A program made the translations under genes and the position numbers. Source: Pristiophorus japonicus (lineage: Eukaryota). Taken from it: a stretch of 64,000 nucleotides of DNA. Position 1 is the stretch's first letter. The number at the start of each line of letters is the position of its first letter. Positions 12,001 through 21,759 of this stretch are shown one piece after another. Location: assembly GCF_044704955.1 (NCBI RefSeq), contig NC_091995.1:52824001-52888000 (forward strand), in the 5' to 3' direction. The notes beneath the pieces were generated by a model. It worked only from the letters and a program-made list of their open reading frames with translations, made no database searches and had not been told where the DNA came from.

Positions 12001-14509
12001 ACTGGTGCTCTCCACTCTCTGTCCTGTGACAGTTTGAACTGGTGCTCTCCACTCTCTGTCCTGTGACAGTTGGAACTGGTGCTCTCCACTCTCTGTCCTG
12101 TGACAGTTTGAACTGGTGCTCTCCACTCTCTGTCCTGTGACAGTTTGAACTGGTGCTCTCCACTCTCTGTCCTGTGACAGTTGGAACTGGTGCTCTCCAC
12201 TCTCTGTCCTGTGAAAGTTTGAACTGGTGCTCTCCACTCTCTGTCCTGTGACAGTTGGAACTGGTGCTCTCCACTCTCTGTCCTGTGACAGTTTGAACTG
12301 GTGCTCTCCACTCTCTGTCCTGTGACAGTTGGAACTGGTGCTCTCCACTCTCTGTCCTGTGACAGTTTGAACTGGTGCTCTCCACTCTCTGTCCTGTGAC
12401 AGTTGGAACTGGTGCTCTCCACTCTCTGTCCTGTGACAATTTGAACTGGTGCTCTCCACTCTCTGTCCTGTGACAGTTTGAACTGGTGCTCTCCACTCTC
12501 TGTCCTGTGACAGTTGGAACTGGTGCTCTCCACTCTCTGTCCTGTGACAGTTGGAACTGGTGCTCTCCATTCTCTGTCCTGTGACAGTTTGAACTGGTGC
12601 TCTCCACTCTCCTGTGACAGTTTGAACTGGTGCTCTCCACTCTCTGTCCTGTGACAGTTGGAACTGGTGCTCTGCACTCTCTGTCCTGTGACAGTTTGAA
12701 CTGGTGCTCTCCACTCTCTGTCCTGTGACAGTTTGAACTGGTGCTCTCCACTCTCCCGTCCTGTGACAGTTGGAACTGGTGCTCTGCACTCTCTGTCCTG
12801 TGACAGTTTGAACTGGTGCTCTCCACTCTCTGTCCTGTGACAGTTTGAACTGGTGCTCTCCACTCTCTGTCCTGCGACAGTTTGAACTGGTGCTCTCCAC
12901 TCTCTGTCCTGTGACAGTTGGAACTGGTGCTCTCCACTCTCTGTCCTGTGACAGTGGGAACTGGTGCTCTCCACCCACTGTCCTGTGACAGTTGGAACTG
13001 GTGCTCTCCACTCTCTGTCCTGTGACAGTTTGAACTGGTGCTCTCCACTCTCTGTCCTGTGACAGTTTGAACTGGTGCTCTCCACACTCTGTCCTGTGAC
13101 AGTTTGAACTGGTGCTCTCCACTCTCTGTCCTGTGACAGTTTGAACTGGTGCTCTCCACTCTCCCGTCCTGTGACAGTTGGAACTGGTGCTCTCCACTCT
13201 CTGTCCTGTGACAGTTTGAACTGGTGCTCTCCACTCTCTGTCCTGTGACAGTTTGAACTGGTGCTCTCCACTCTCTGTCCTGTGACAGTTTGAACTGATG
13301 CTCTCCACTCTCTGTCCTGCGACAGTTTGAACTGGTGCTCTCCACTCTCTGTCCTGTGACAGTTTGAACTGGTGCTCTCCACTCTCTGTCCTGTGACAGT
13401 TGGAACTGGTGCTCTCCACTCTCTGTCCTGTGACAGTTTGAACTGGTGCTCTCCACTCTCTGTCCTGTGACAGTTGGAACTGGTGCTCTCCACTCTCTCT
13501 CCTGTGACAGTTTGAACTGGTGCTCTCCACTCTCTGTCCTGTGACAGTGTGAACTGGTGCTCTCCACTCTCTGTCCTGTGACAGTGTGAACTGGTGCTCT
13601 CCACTCTCCCGTCCTATGACAGTTGGAACTGGTGCTCTCCACTCTCTCTCCTGTGACAGTTTGAACTGGTGCTCTCCACTCTCCCGTCCTATGACAGTGT
13701 GAACTGGTGCTCTCCACTCTCCCGTCCTATGACAGTGTGAACTGGTGCTCTCCACTCTCTGTCCTGTGACAGTTGGAACTGGTGCTCTCCACTCTCTCTC
13801 CTGTGACAGTTTGAACTGGTGCTCTCCACTCTCTGTCCTGTGACAGTTTGAACTGGTGCTCTCCACTCTCCCGTCCTATGACAGTTGGAACTGGTGCTCT
13901 CCACTCTCTCTCCTGTGACAGTTTGAACTGGTGCTCTCCACTCTCCCGTCCTATGACAGTGTGAACTGGTGCTCTCCACTCTCCCGTCCTATGACAGTGT
14001 GAACTGGTGCTCTCCACTCTCTGTCCTGTGACAGTTGGAACTGGTGCTCTCCACTCTCCCGTCCTATGACAGTTTGAACTGGTGCTCTCAACTCTCTGTC
14101 CTGCGACAGTTTGAACTGGTGCTCTCCACTCTCTGACATGCGACAGTTTGAACTGGTGCTCTCCACTCTCTGTCCTGTGACAGTTGGAACTGGTGCTCTC
14201 CACTCTCTGTCCTGTGACAGTTGGAACTGGTGCTCTCCACTCTCTGTCCTGTGACAGTTGGAACTGGTGCTCTCCACTCTCTGTCCTGTGACAGTTTGAA
14301 CTGGTGCTCTCCACTCTCTGTCCTGTGACAGTTGGAACTGGTGCTCTCCACTCTCTGTCCTGTGACAGTTTGAACTGGTGCTCTCCACTCTCTGTCCTGT
14401 GACAGTTTGAACTGGTGCTCTCCACTCTCTGTCCTGTGACAGTTTGAACTGGTGCTCTCCACTCTCTGTCCTGTGACAGTTGGAACTGGTGCTCTCCACT
14501 CTCCCGTCC
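1..14509. repeat. 37-bp tandem satellite array (about 390 units, runs off the left edge)
   Basis: Unit TGGTGCTCTCCACTCTCTGTCCTGTGACAGTT(T/G)GAAC repeats continuously with few variants, including some 36- and 38-bp units. It explains all the repetitive 'ESTSSNCHRT' ORFs. Confidence 0.98.
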
Positions 14510-14552
14510 TTGGAAGATTTCACTTCGTTAAAGGCGCTATATAAATACAAGT
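14510..14552 (+). mobile_element. Retroposon 3' tail (L2/SINE-type) at the satellite boundary
   Basis: CGTTAAAGGCGCTATATAAATACAAG(TTG)n. The same AAAGGCGCTATATAAAT motif ends the SINE at about 31605-31625. Confidence 0.6.
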
Positions 14553-15031
14553 TGTTGTTGTTTAGTTCCTCCCCTTGATTTATTTTAATTTTCCTCGTAT
14601 CTCCTATTAGGGGTATGTGCAGGTCTTGTATTCTACCAAATACTGTTTTTGAGCACCTCCCACTTTCATCTGTAGTTTTATCCATTAATAGTTCTGCCCA
14701 GTCTATTGTGGTCAATTCCTGCCTCATCTCTCCAATGTCAACCTTACCTAGATTTAAAACCTTGGTTCGTGACTCACCCTTTCCCTCTCAAACCTAATAT
14801 CGAATTCAATCATATTATGGTCACTGTTCGCTCGATGTTCCCACACCGTTAGATCATTGACTGATTCAGGCTCATTACTCATCACTAAATCTAAGATGGT
14901 CGGTTCTCTTCTTGGTTCGGGACCATATTGTTCTAGAAAACTGTCCCGAATACACTCAAGAAATTTGCTGCCTTTGCGACTCCAAAGACTCTGTGCTTTT
15001 GCTGCAATATCTCTGATCTCCATGTTTATAT

Positions 15032-15700
15032 CATCATAGGCGGTCCCTCGAAGCGAGGATGACTTACTTCCATGCCAAAAAGGGATGAGTTCACAGGTGT
15101 TTCAATGAAGGACCTAATATTCCAGATCCTGAACTACATCGTGAAGGGTGGAAGGTGCCTGTACTTGGATTTTTTTAACGTGTGGTGGCCGTTGCACACC
15201 AGCCACCACACGGGCTTGACAGAGCGAGGTCTTGGTCCAGTGACAAGGGTTAACCAAGACGAGTGGAGACCAGCTCTGCTGCACAGACCGAGCATGCACA
15301 CCTATCGCAGTGTGGGCTGACCCGTGCTGACCCTGGGCCTCGCCTCTTCTGAGCCCCAAACTCACACCGTTCCTGGGCCCCGGTCACTTCCATCTCCAAA
15401 CTCTTGCCGATCCTTCGCCCCTCCTGCTGTGCCTGCCTGCACTGCAATCAGCGACCTGGCTTCACAGCCGTTGCCCTCCTGCAGCAGTACGTGATGCTCC
15501 CTGTAGTGACATGCCGCTGCACGCTGTTCCCTCTAATGGCCCCGGCCTGCTGATGGTCTTGCAGGCCGGGACCACGCTGATTTCCGGGCCGGCCCGCCGC
15601 ACACGGCTCCCTCCATTGACCCCGGCCTGCTGATGGTCTTACAGGCTGGGACCACATCGATTTCCAGGCTGGGCCGCTACACGTTGTTCCTTCCAATGGC
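15032..15700 (-). mobile_element. Non-autonomous RTE-tailed retroposon
   Basis: The 3' end (reverse complement AAGTCATCCTCGCTTCGAGGGACCGCCTATGATGAT) matches the RTE LINE tail at 51971. The internal segment matches 63460-63570. No coding domain. Confidence 0.7.
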
Positions 15701-15842
15701 CCCAATATCCTGTTACTTTATCACTGCTATCACTGCTGTAGAAAACTCCCACCAAAGTCTTACATCCTTTTCTATTTCTCAGTTCTACCCATAGCGTTTC
15801 TACTGCCTGCTCACCCTGAGTGATATCTAATGCTGTAACAAT

Positions 15843-16606
15843 GAGGTAGCAATCCCGGCCTCCCCCGGGTCCATACGGAGTGTGTACAGACCCGGGAAGG
15901 CATCGCAAAAGCCGGTTTTCAGCGCACAATGCACATGTGCTGAAAACCGGCTTTCCCGATGTGTCAAGCTGGAACTTGACAGATCTTCTATATCACGGGA
16001 ACGAGGACATTTGCAAGGGCAAGATTGCGGGATTTACCCATATCTTGCCCAGCAAATATCCTCAAAACTCTTGCGCCTGATAAAAGCAGGTGCATAGCCT
16101 ACTTTTACAAGCGTAAGAGTTTTAAAACGCACTTAAAACATAAAAAATAACATTTGAAAAACACATTTTATTTTTAAAACCCTGCCCACTACGTTAAATT
16201 TATATTAAACCATAATTTTTTTAACTTTTTAAAAACACGGATTTTTTTTTCTCAGATATTTATTAACTTTCATTTCAATTCATTTTAATTATGTGAGGTG
16301 TGTTTTTTATTTTTTATTGGTGTTATTGTGTTTGGGATTTTTTGTTCTCAATAGCAGTGAGAACTTGTAGATACAGAGTTCCAATTGCTATTAATTGAGA
16401 ATACTTTACCTGATTGGTTGAGCAGTCACATGTGACTGCACCTTCTGCGTCCGTACCTCGAGGACGGGAGTGCGCTTCGCAGCACGGGAAGAGAAGGCCT
16501 CCCCACCGGAATCGAAGGGGTCTCCGGGACCACCAGGTACTTCCGGAAAATTTCTCCGGTCGGAGGCGTTAGTCCGAAAGAAGCCTCCGACCGGAATTTC
16601 AAGGCC
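15843..16606. mobile_element. MITE-like non-autonomous DNA transposon (possibly Harbinger-type)
   Basis: Inserted in CR1 with an AAT duplication. Termini are degenerate (GAGGTAGCAATCCCGG vs reverse complement GGCCTTGAAATTCCGG). There is an internal perfect 16-bp inverted repeat at 15908-15923/15939-15954 and an AT-rich core. Confidence 0.5.
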
Positions 16607-16660
16607 AATATTGCTGCTCCAATTTTCCTGACCTTCCTAAAGAACTAATAACCTAGAATC

Positions 16661-17200
16661 ATATTCTTGCTATTGAGGGAGTGCAGCGAAGGTTCACCAG
16701 ACTGATTCCCGGGATGGCGGGACTGACCTATCAAGAAAGACTGGATCAACTGGGCTTGTATTCACTGGAGTTCAGAAGAATGAGAGGGGACCTCATAGAA
16801 ACGTTTAAAATTCTGACGGGGTTAGACAGGTTAGATGCAGGAAGAATGTTCCCAATGTTGGGGAAGTCCAGAACCAGGGGACACAGTCTAAGGATAAGGG
16901 GGAAGCCATTTAGGACCGAGATGAGGAGGAATTTCTTCACCCAGAGAGTGGTGAACCTGTGGAATTCTCTACCACAGAAAGTTGTTGAGGCCAATTCACT
17001 AAATATATTCAAAAAGGAGTTAGATGAAGTCCTTACTACTAGGGGAATCAAGGGGTATGGTGAGAAAGCAGGAATGGGGTACTGAAGTTGCATGTTCAGC
17101 AATGAACTCATTGAATGGCGGTGCAGGCTAGAAGGGCCGAATGGCCTACTCCTGCACCTATTTTCTATGTTTCTATGTTTCTATGTTTCTATGTTTCTAT
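16661..17200 (+). mobile_element. Young 5'-truncated CR1 LINE (3' end)
   Basis: ORF 16681-17085 is nearly identical to the C-terminus of the intact ORF2 at 35761-38667. Ends in a (TTCTATGT)n tail. Confidence 0.92.
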
Positions 17201-17667
17201 CCCCAGCCAGGTCTCAGTGATGGCCTCTACGTCACATCCTTTAAACTGAATTTACATTTCTAATTCAATAAAAAAAACACGAGCAAACTAGCCAGTGATG
17301 AAGGACCAGAGATGAATAAAGAGATAAGGGCAAAATTGAAAGCAAAAGGCAGACACCAAGTACATAGACAATAAAGAAGAGAACGACAATAGGGAATACA
17401 AAGAGATTAGGATCAAAGACAAAAAAATAATCAGGAAGGCAAAAAGGATCTACGAAATTAAATTACCAAAGAATAGAAAAAGATTTGAAAAGTATTCTAC
17501 TGACGCAAAAATAACAAAAGGTAACACAGGATAGGAACAGGTCCAATAAGGGACACACACGATAAACTCACGGCGAAATAGCAGAAATATTGAATAATTA
17601 CTTTACCTCGGTATTGACCAGGAGCCTAACAGGGTTGACATGACGTTAGAAGATAGAAATATCGAAA

Positions 17668-17782
17668 TAGTGCCATGGGATCTCTTGCGTTCACCTGAGA
17701 GAGCAGACAGGGCCTCAGTTTGCCGACTCGTCTGAAAGACAGCACCTCTGACAGTGCAGCACACCCTCAGCACTGCACTGGG
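17668..17782 (-). mobile_element. DeuSINE central-domain fragment
   Basis: The reverse complement matches the centre of the SINE at 31325-31440. Confidence 0.65.
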
Positions 17783-18116
17783 GAAACCATCCCGTCCGCC
17801 ATCTTGGATCTTCCTCCGGCCGCTGGTCCCATCAACTGTGGAGCCCCTGGCGAGCACGTGGTGTGTGCAATGGCTGTGGCCACTCTGACCTCTCCTCCTT
17901 CCACAAAGTGGACCTCTGGCCATCCCAATGCCTGCCCTCAGTCAGGAGCTAGTACCTCAAATCTCTCACCCCCACTTCCCACACCTCAGATCTCTCACCA
18001 TCTCACTGAAGGGTGCTGCTCAGCCCCGAGCTTACAGCTCGCATCCCACTCGTAGGCAACTCGGCCTGTACAGGTCTCCAGTCGTCTTGGACCCCCTTGC
18101 CACTGGACCAAGACCA
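17783..18116 (+). mobile_element. Fragment of the RTE-related non-autonomous family
   Basis: Near-colinear with 63172-63510; the ORFs at 17603/62950 and 17928/63314 are paralogous. Confidence 0.75.
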
Positions 18117-19350
18117 CAAAAGCAAGAGACCTAATAATGAGCCCTGTGGAACCCCACTGGAAACAGCCTTCCAGTCACAAAAACACCCATCAACCATTAC
18201 TCTTTGCTTCCTGCCTCTGAGCCAATTTTGAATCCAACTTGCCACTTTCCCTTGGATCCCAAGGGCTTTTACTTTTCTGACCAGTCTGATATTTGGGACC
18301 TTATCAAAAGCCTTCCTACACTACACTACGTCATATGCACAACCCTCATCGACCCTCCTTGTTACCTCCTCAAAATATTCAATCAAGTTAGTCAGGCACG
18401 ACCTTCCCTTAACAAATCCACGCTGACTGTCCTTGATTAATCTGTTTCTTTCTAAATGAAGATTTATCCTGCCCCTCAGAATTTTTTGCAATAATTTGCC
18501 CACCACTGAGGTTAGGCTGACTGGCCTGTAATTACTCGGTCTATTCCTTTCTCCCTTTTGAAACAGCGGTACAACATTAGCAGTCCTCCAGTACCACACC
18601 TGTTGCCAGAGAGGATTGGAAAATGATAGTCAGAGCCTCTGCTATTTCCTCTTTTGCTTCTCTTAATAGCCTGGGATACATTTTATCCGGGCCTGGGGAT
18701 TTATTCACTTTCAAACTGTAATTGGAAAGTAATTTTCAACATAGAGAAGTGTGGGGTGATGCAATACGGTATGAAAAATAAGGAGGTCACATACTGCTTG
18801 GGTAACAAGAGTCGAAACGGGGTAGAGGAGCAAAGGGATTGTGGGGTACAGATACACAGATCATTAAAGGAGCAATTCAGGTTAACATGGTCATAAAAAT
18901 GCAAACAAAGCACTGGGGTTCATTTCTAGAAGAATAAAATTGAAAAGCAGAGCAGATACGTTGAAATTATATAGACCCTTGGTTAGATCACACATAGTAC
19001 AGTGCAAAGCTCTGATCTTCATATTTGATAGGTGAGACGAAGAGAAGATGTTTCCAATTGTTGGCAGAATCCAAAACTAGTGGCTTTAAATATAAGATAG
19101 TCACGAATAAATCCAATAATCAATTTTTAAAAACTTATTTTCTCAGAATGGTGAGAATGTAGAAATCGCTACTACAGGGAGCGGTTGAAACGAATATCAT
19201 AGATGGATTGAAGGGGAATCTAGATAAGTACAGCAGGGAGAATGGAATAGCAGCTTGTGCTGATAGGGTTAGATGAAGTTGGGTAGGAGCATAAACGCAG
19301 GCACAAACCTATTGGGCTGAATGGCCTGTTTATGTGCTGTAAATCGCATG
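18117..19350. mobile_element. Decayed CR1 fragments (minus-strand RT piece 18117-18715, plus-strand 3' piece 18715-19350)
   Basis: [29 protein letters not shown] and SGVPQGS motifs. Confidence 0.8.
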
Positions 19351-19366
19351 TAATTCTATATAATTA

Positions 19367-19899
19367 CCCTCTCTCACTCTCCCCTCAGTGCCCTACACTC
19401 CCAGTACTGGACATTCCCCACACTCACTGTGTCCCTCAGTTCTACATTCCCCTCTCTCACTCTCCCCTCAGGGCCCTGCACTCCCAGTACTGGACATTCC
19501 CCACACTCACTCTGTCCCTCAGTTCTACATTCCCCTCTCTCTCACTCTCCCCTCAGTGCCCTACACTCCCAGTACTGGACATTCCCCACACTCACTGTGT
19601 CCCTCAGTTCTACATTCCCCTCTCTCACTCTCCCCTCAGTGCCCTACACTCCCAGTACTGGACATTCCCCACACTCACTGTGTCCCTCAGTTCTACATTC
19701 CCCTCTCTCACTCTCCCCTCAGTGCCTTACACTCCCAGTACTGGACATTCCCCACACTCACTCTGTCCCTCAGTTCTACATTCCCCTCTCTCACTCTCCC
19801 CTCAGTGCCCTACACTCCCAGTACTGGACACTCCCTACATTCACTCTGTCCCTCAGTTCTGCATTCCCCTCTCTCACTCTCCCCTCAGTTCTACATTCC
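19367..19899. repeat. 83-bp C/T-rich minisatellite (about 6.4 copies) at the start of the intron after the TM exon
   Basis: The CCCAGTACTGG marker recurs at spacings of 83, 85, 83, 83 and 83 bp. Confidence 0.93.
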
Positions 19900-19917
19900 T
19901 TTGTATCTGATTCTTAC

Positions 19918-20031
19918 CTCTCCGTTGTTTTATCCAGATGACTATTCCGATAATCCCGAATGTAGCCAGTGCAACGATTAATCCAATGATAATATTAAGA
20001 TGGGAGCGTACACCAGTGTTTTCCGGTATTT
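19918..20031 (-). CDS. MHC class I heavy chain exon 5 (connecting peptide + transmembrane + basic stop-transfer)
   Basis: Acceptor tgtttcAG, donor G|gtaaga, phase 1, 114 nt: EIPENTGVRSHLNIIIGLIVALATFGIIGIVIWIKQRR. Confidence 0.85.
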
Positions 20032-20302
20032 CTGAAACACATTTGAATAATATCAGGATAGTCTGTCTGTTGCCAGATCCATTCCCAGTTCTGTGTTGAT
20101 GAGAGGACAATTTTCACCTCACCTACCCGTCGGTTATCTGACGGGATCGGGTCCATCACTGGTTTTACTGCCGCCTGATTTTACTCTCCACTGAAGATAA
20201 TAAAGTGTCACTTTGATGGTGGAATGAAACCGGGACTGCCCCGATCCCATGGGTTACCTGCCTGGCGAGTTCGCTTCTAATTACCCCCAATGTCTCTGTC
20301 CT

Positions 20303-21700
20303 AGAATCATAGCAAAATTACAACACAGAAGGAGGCCTTCGGCCCATCGTGTCCGTGTCGGGTGAAAAAGAGCTACCCAGCCTCATCCCACTTTCCAGCT
20401 CTTGGTCCGTAGCCCTGTAGGTTACGGAACTTCAAGTGCACGTCCAAGCACTTTTTAAATGTGATGAGAGTTTCTGCCTCTACCACCCTTTCAGGCAGTG
20501 AGTTCCAGACTCCCACCACCCTCTGGGTGAAAATTGTTTCCTCATTTCCCCTCTAATCCTTCTACCAACTACTTTAAATCTATGCCCCCTGATTATTGGC
20601 CCCCTCTGCGAAGGGAAATAGGTCATTCCTATCCACTCTATCTAGGCCCTTCATAATTTTATACACCTCAATAAGATCTCCCCTCAGCATCCTGTGTTCC
20701 AAAGAAAACGAACCCAGCCGACCCAATCTTTCCTCATAGCTAAAATTTTCCAGTCCTGGCAACATCCTCGTAAATCTCCTCTGTACCCGTTCTAGTGCAA
20801 TCACATCTTTCCTGTAATGTGGAGACCAGAACTGCACACAGTACTCCAGCTGTGGTCTAACTAGTGCTGTATACAGTTCTAGCATAACCTCCCTGCTCTT
20901 ATACTCTATGCCTCTGTTCCTCCCATTTATTATAAATTACGTTGCCGCCTTGCACCTTCCCAAATGCATTACCTCACACTTCTCCAGATTGAATTCCATT
21001 CTCCACTTTTCTGCCCAACTGACCAGTCCATCACACGGCCAATTTTTGTATTATCTGCAAACCTCTTTTATTATGCCCCTACATTTAAGTCTAAATCATT
21101 CATATATAGTACAAAAAGCAAGGACCCAGCACTGAGCCCTGCGGAACCCCACTGGTAACAGCCTTCCAATCATAAAAACACCCGTCAATCATTACCCTTT
21201 GCTTCCTGCCTCTGAGCCAATTTTGGATCCAACTTGCCACTCTCCCTTGGATCCCATGAGCTTTTACTTTTTTGACCAGCCTGCCATGTGGGACCTTGTC
21301 AACAACTTTGCTAAAATCCACGTAGACTACATCAAATGCACTGCTCTCATCGACACTCCTTGTTACTCCTCAAAAAATCCAATCCAGTTAGTCAGACATG
21401 ACCTTCCCTGAACAAATCCATGCTGACTGTCCTTGATTAATCTGTGTCTTTCTAAATGATGGTTTATAGCGTCCCCCAGAATTGATTCCAATAATTTGCC
21501 CACCAGCGAGGTTAAACAAATTGGCCTGTAATTACTCGGTCTAAACCTTCCTCCTTTTTAAACAATGGTACAAAGTTCGCAGTTCTCCAACCCTCTGGCA
21601 TCACTCCTGTAGCCAGGGAGGATTGGAAAATGATGGTCAGAGCCTCTGCAATTTCCTTCCTTGCTTCTTTTAATAGCCTAGGACATATTTCATCTGGCCT
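20303..21700 (-). mobile_element. Decayed CR1 LINE (RT to 3' end)
   Basis: [30 protein letters not shown] and [11 protein letters not shown] motifs. Confidence 0.85.
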
Positions 21701-21759
21701 TGGCCTTATTCCATCCCCAGGGTCACCAAGGAGTCAGCATCACTGATGGTTTTCACATC

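Larger units (their letters stand above)
14553..16660 (-). mobile_element. Old CR1 ORF2 endonuclease-region fragment, interrupted by later insertions
   Basis: Translated pieces FLECIRDSFLEQY..ILDLVMSNEP..DHNMIEF and VETLWVELRNRKGCKTLVGVFY match the EN domain of the intact CR1 at 35761. Confidence 0.75.

Noticed and set aside
683-14462. Giant minus-strand ORFs (up to 1618 aa) of a 37-aa repeat
   Set aside because: The 37-bp unit has no stop on that strand, so all three frames are open and cycle into one another. A stop-free 37-mer is not rare by chance, and 36/38-bp units shift frame freely, so there is no sign of coding constraint.
1-14509. CRISPR array (37-bp partly palindromic repeat)
   Set aside because: There are no unique spacers, the units are head-to-tail, there are no cas genes, and the context is eukaryotic.
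1-14509. RAG recombination signal array (CACAG in each unit) or splice-acceptor array (pyrimidine tract + CAG on +)
   Set aside because: The heptamer is imperfect (CACAGGA) with no nonamer at 12/23 spacing. The acceptor-like motif is antisense to the only gene found.
19332-19981. Three overlapping plus-strand ORFs of 170-197 aa
   Set aside because: They are translations of the 83-bp minisatellite.
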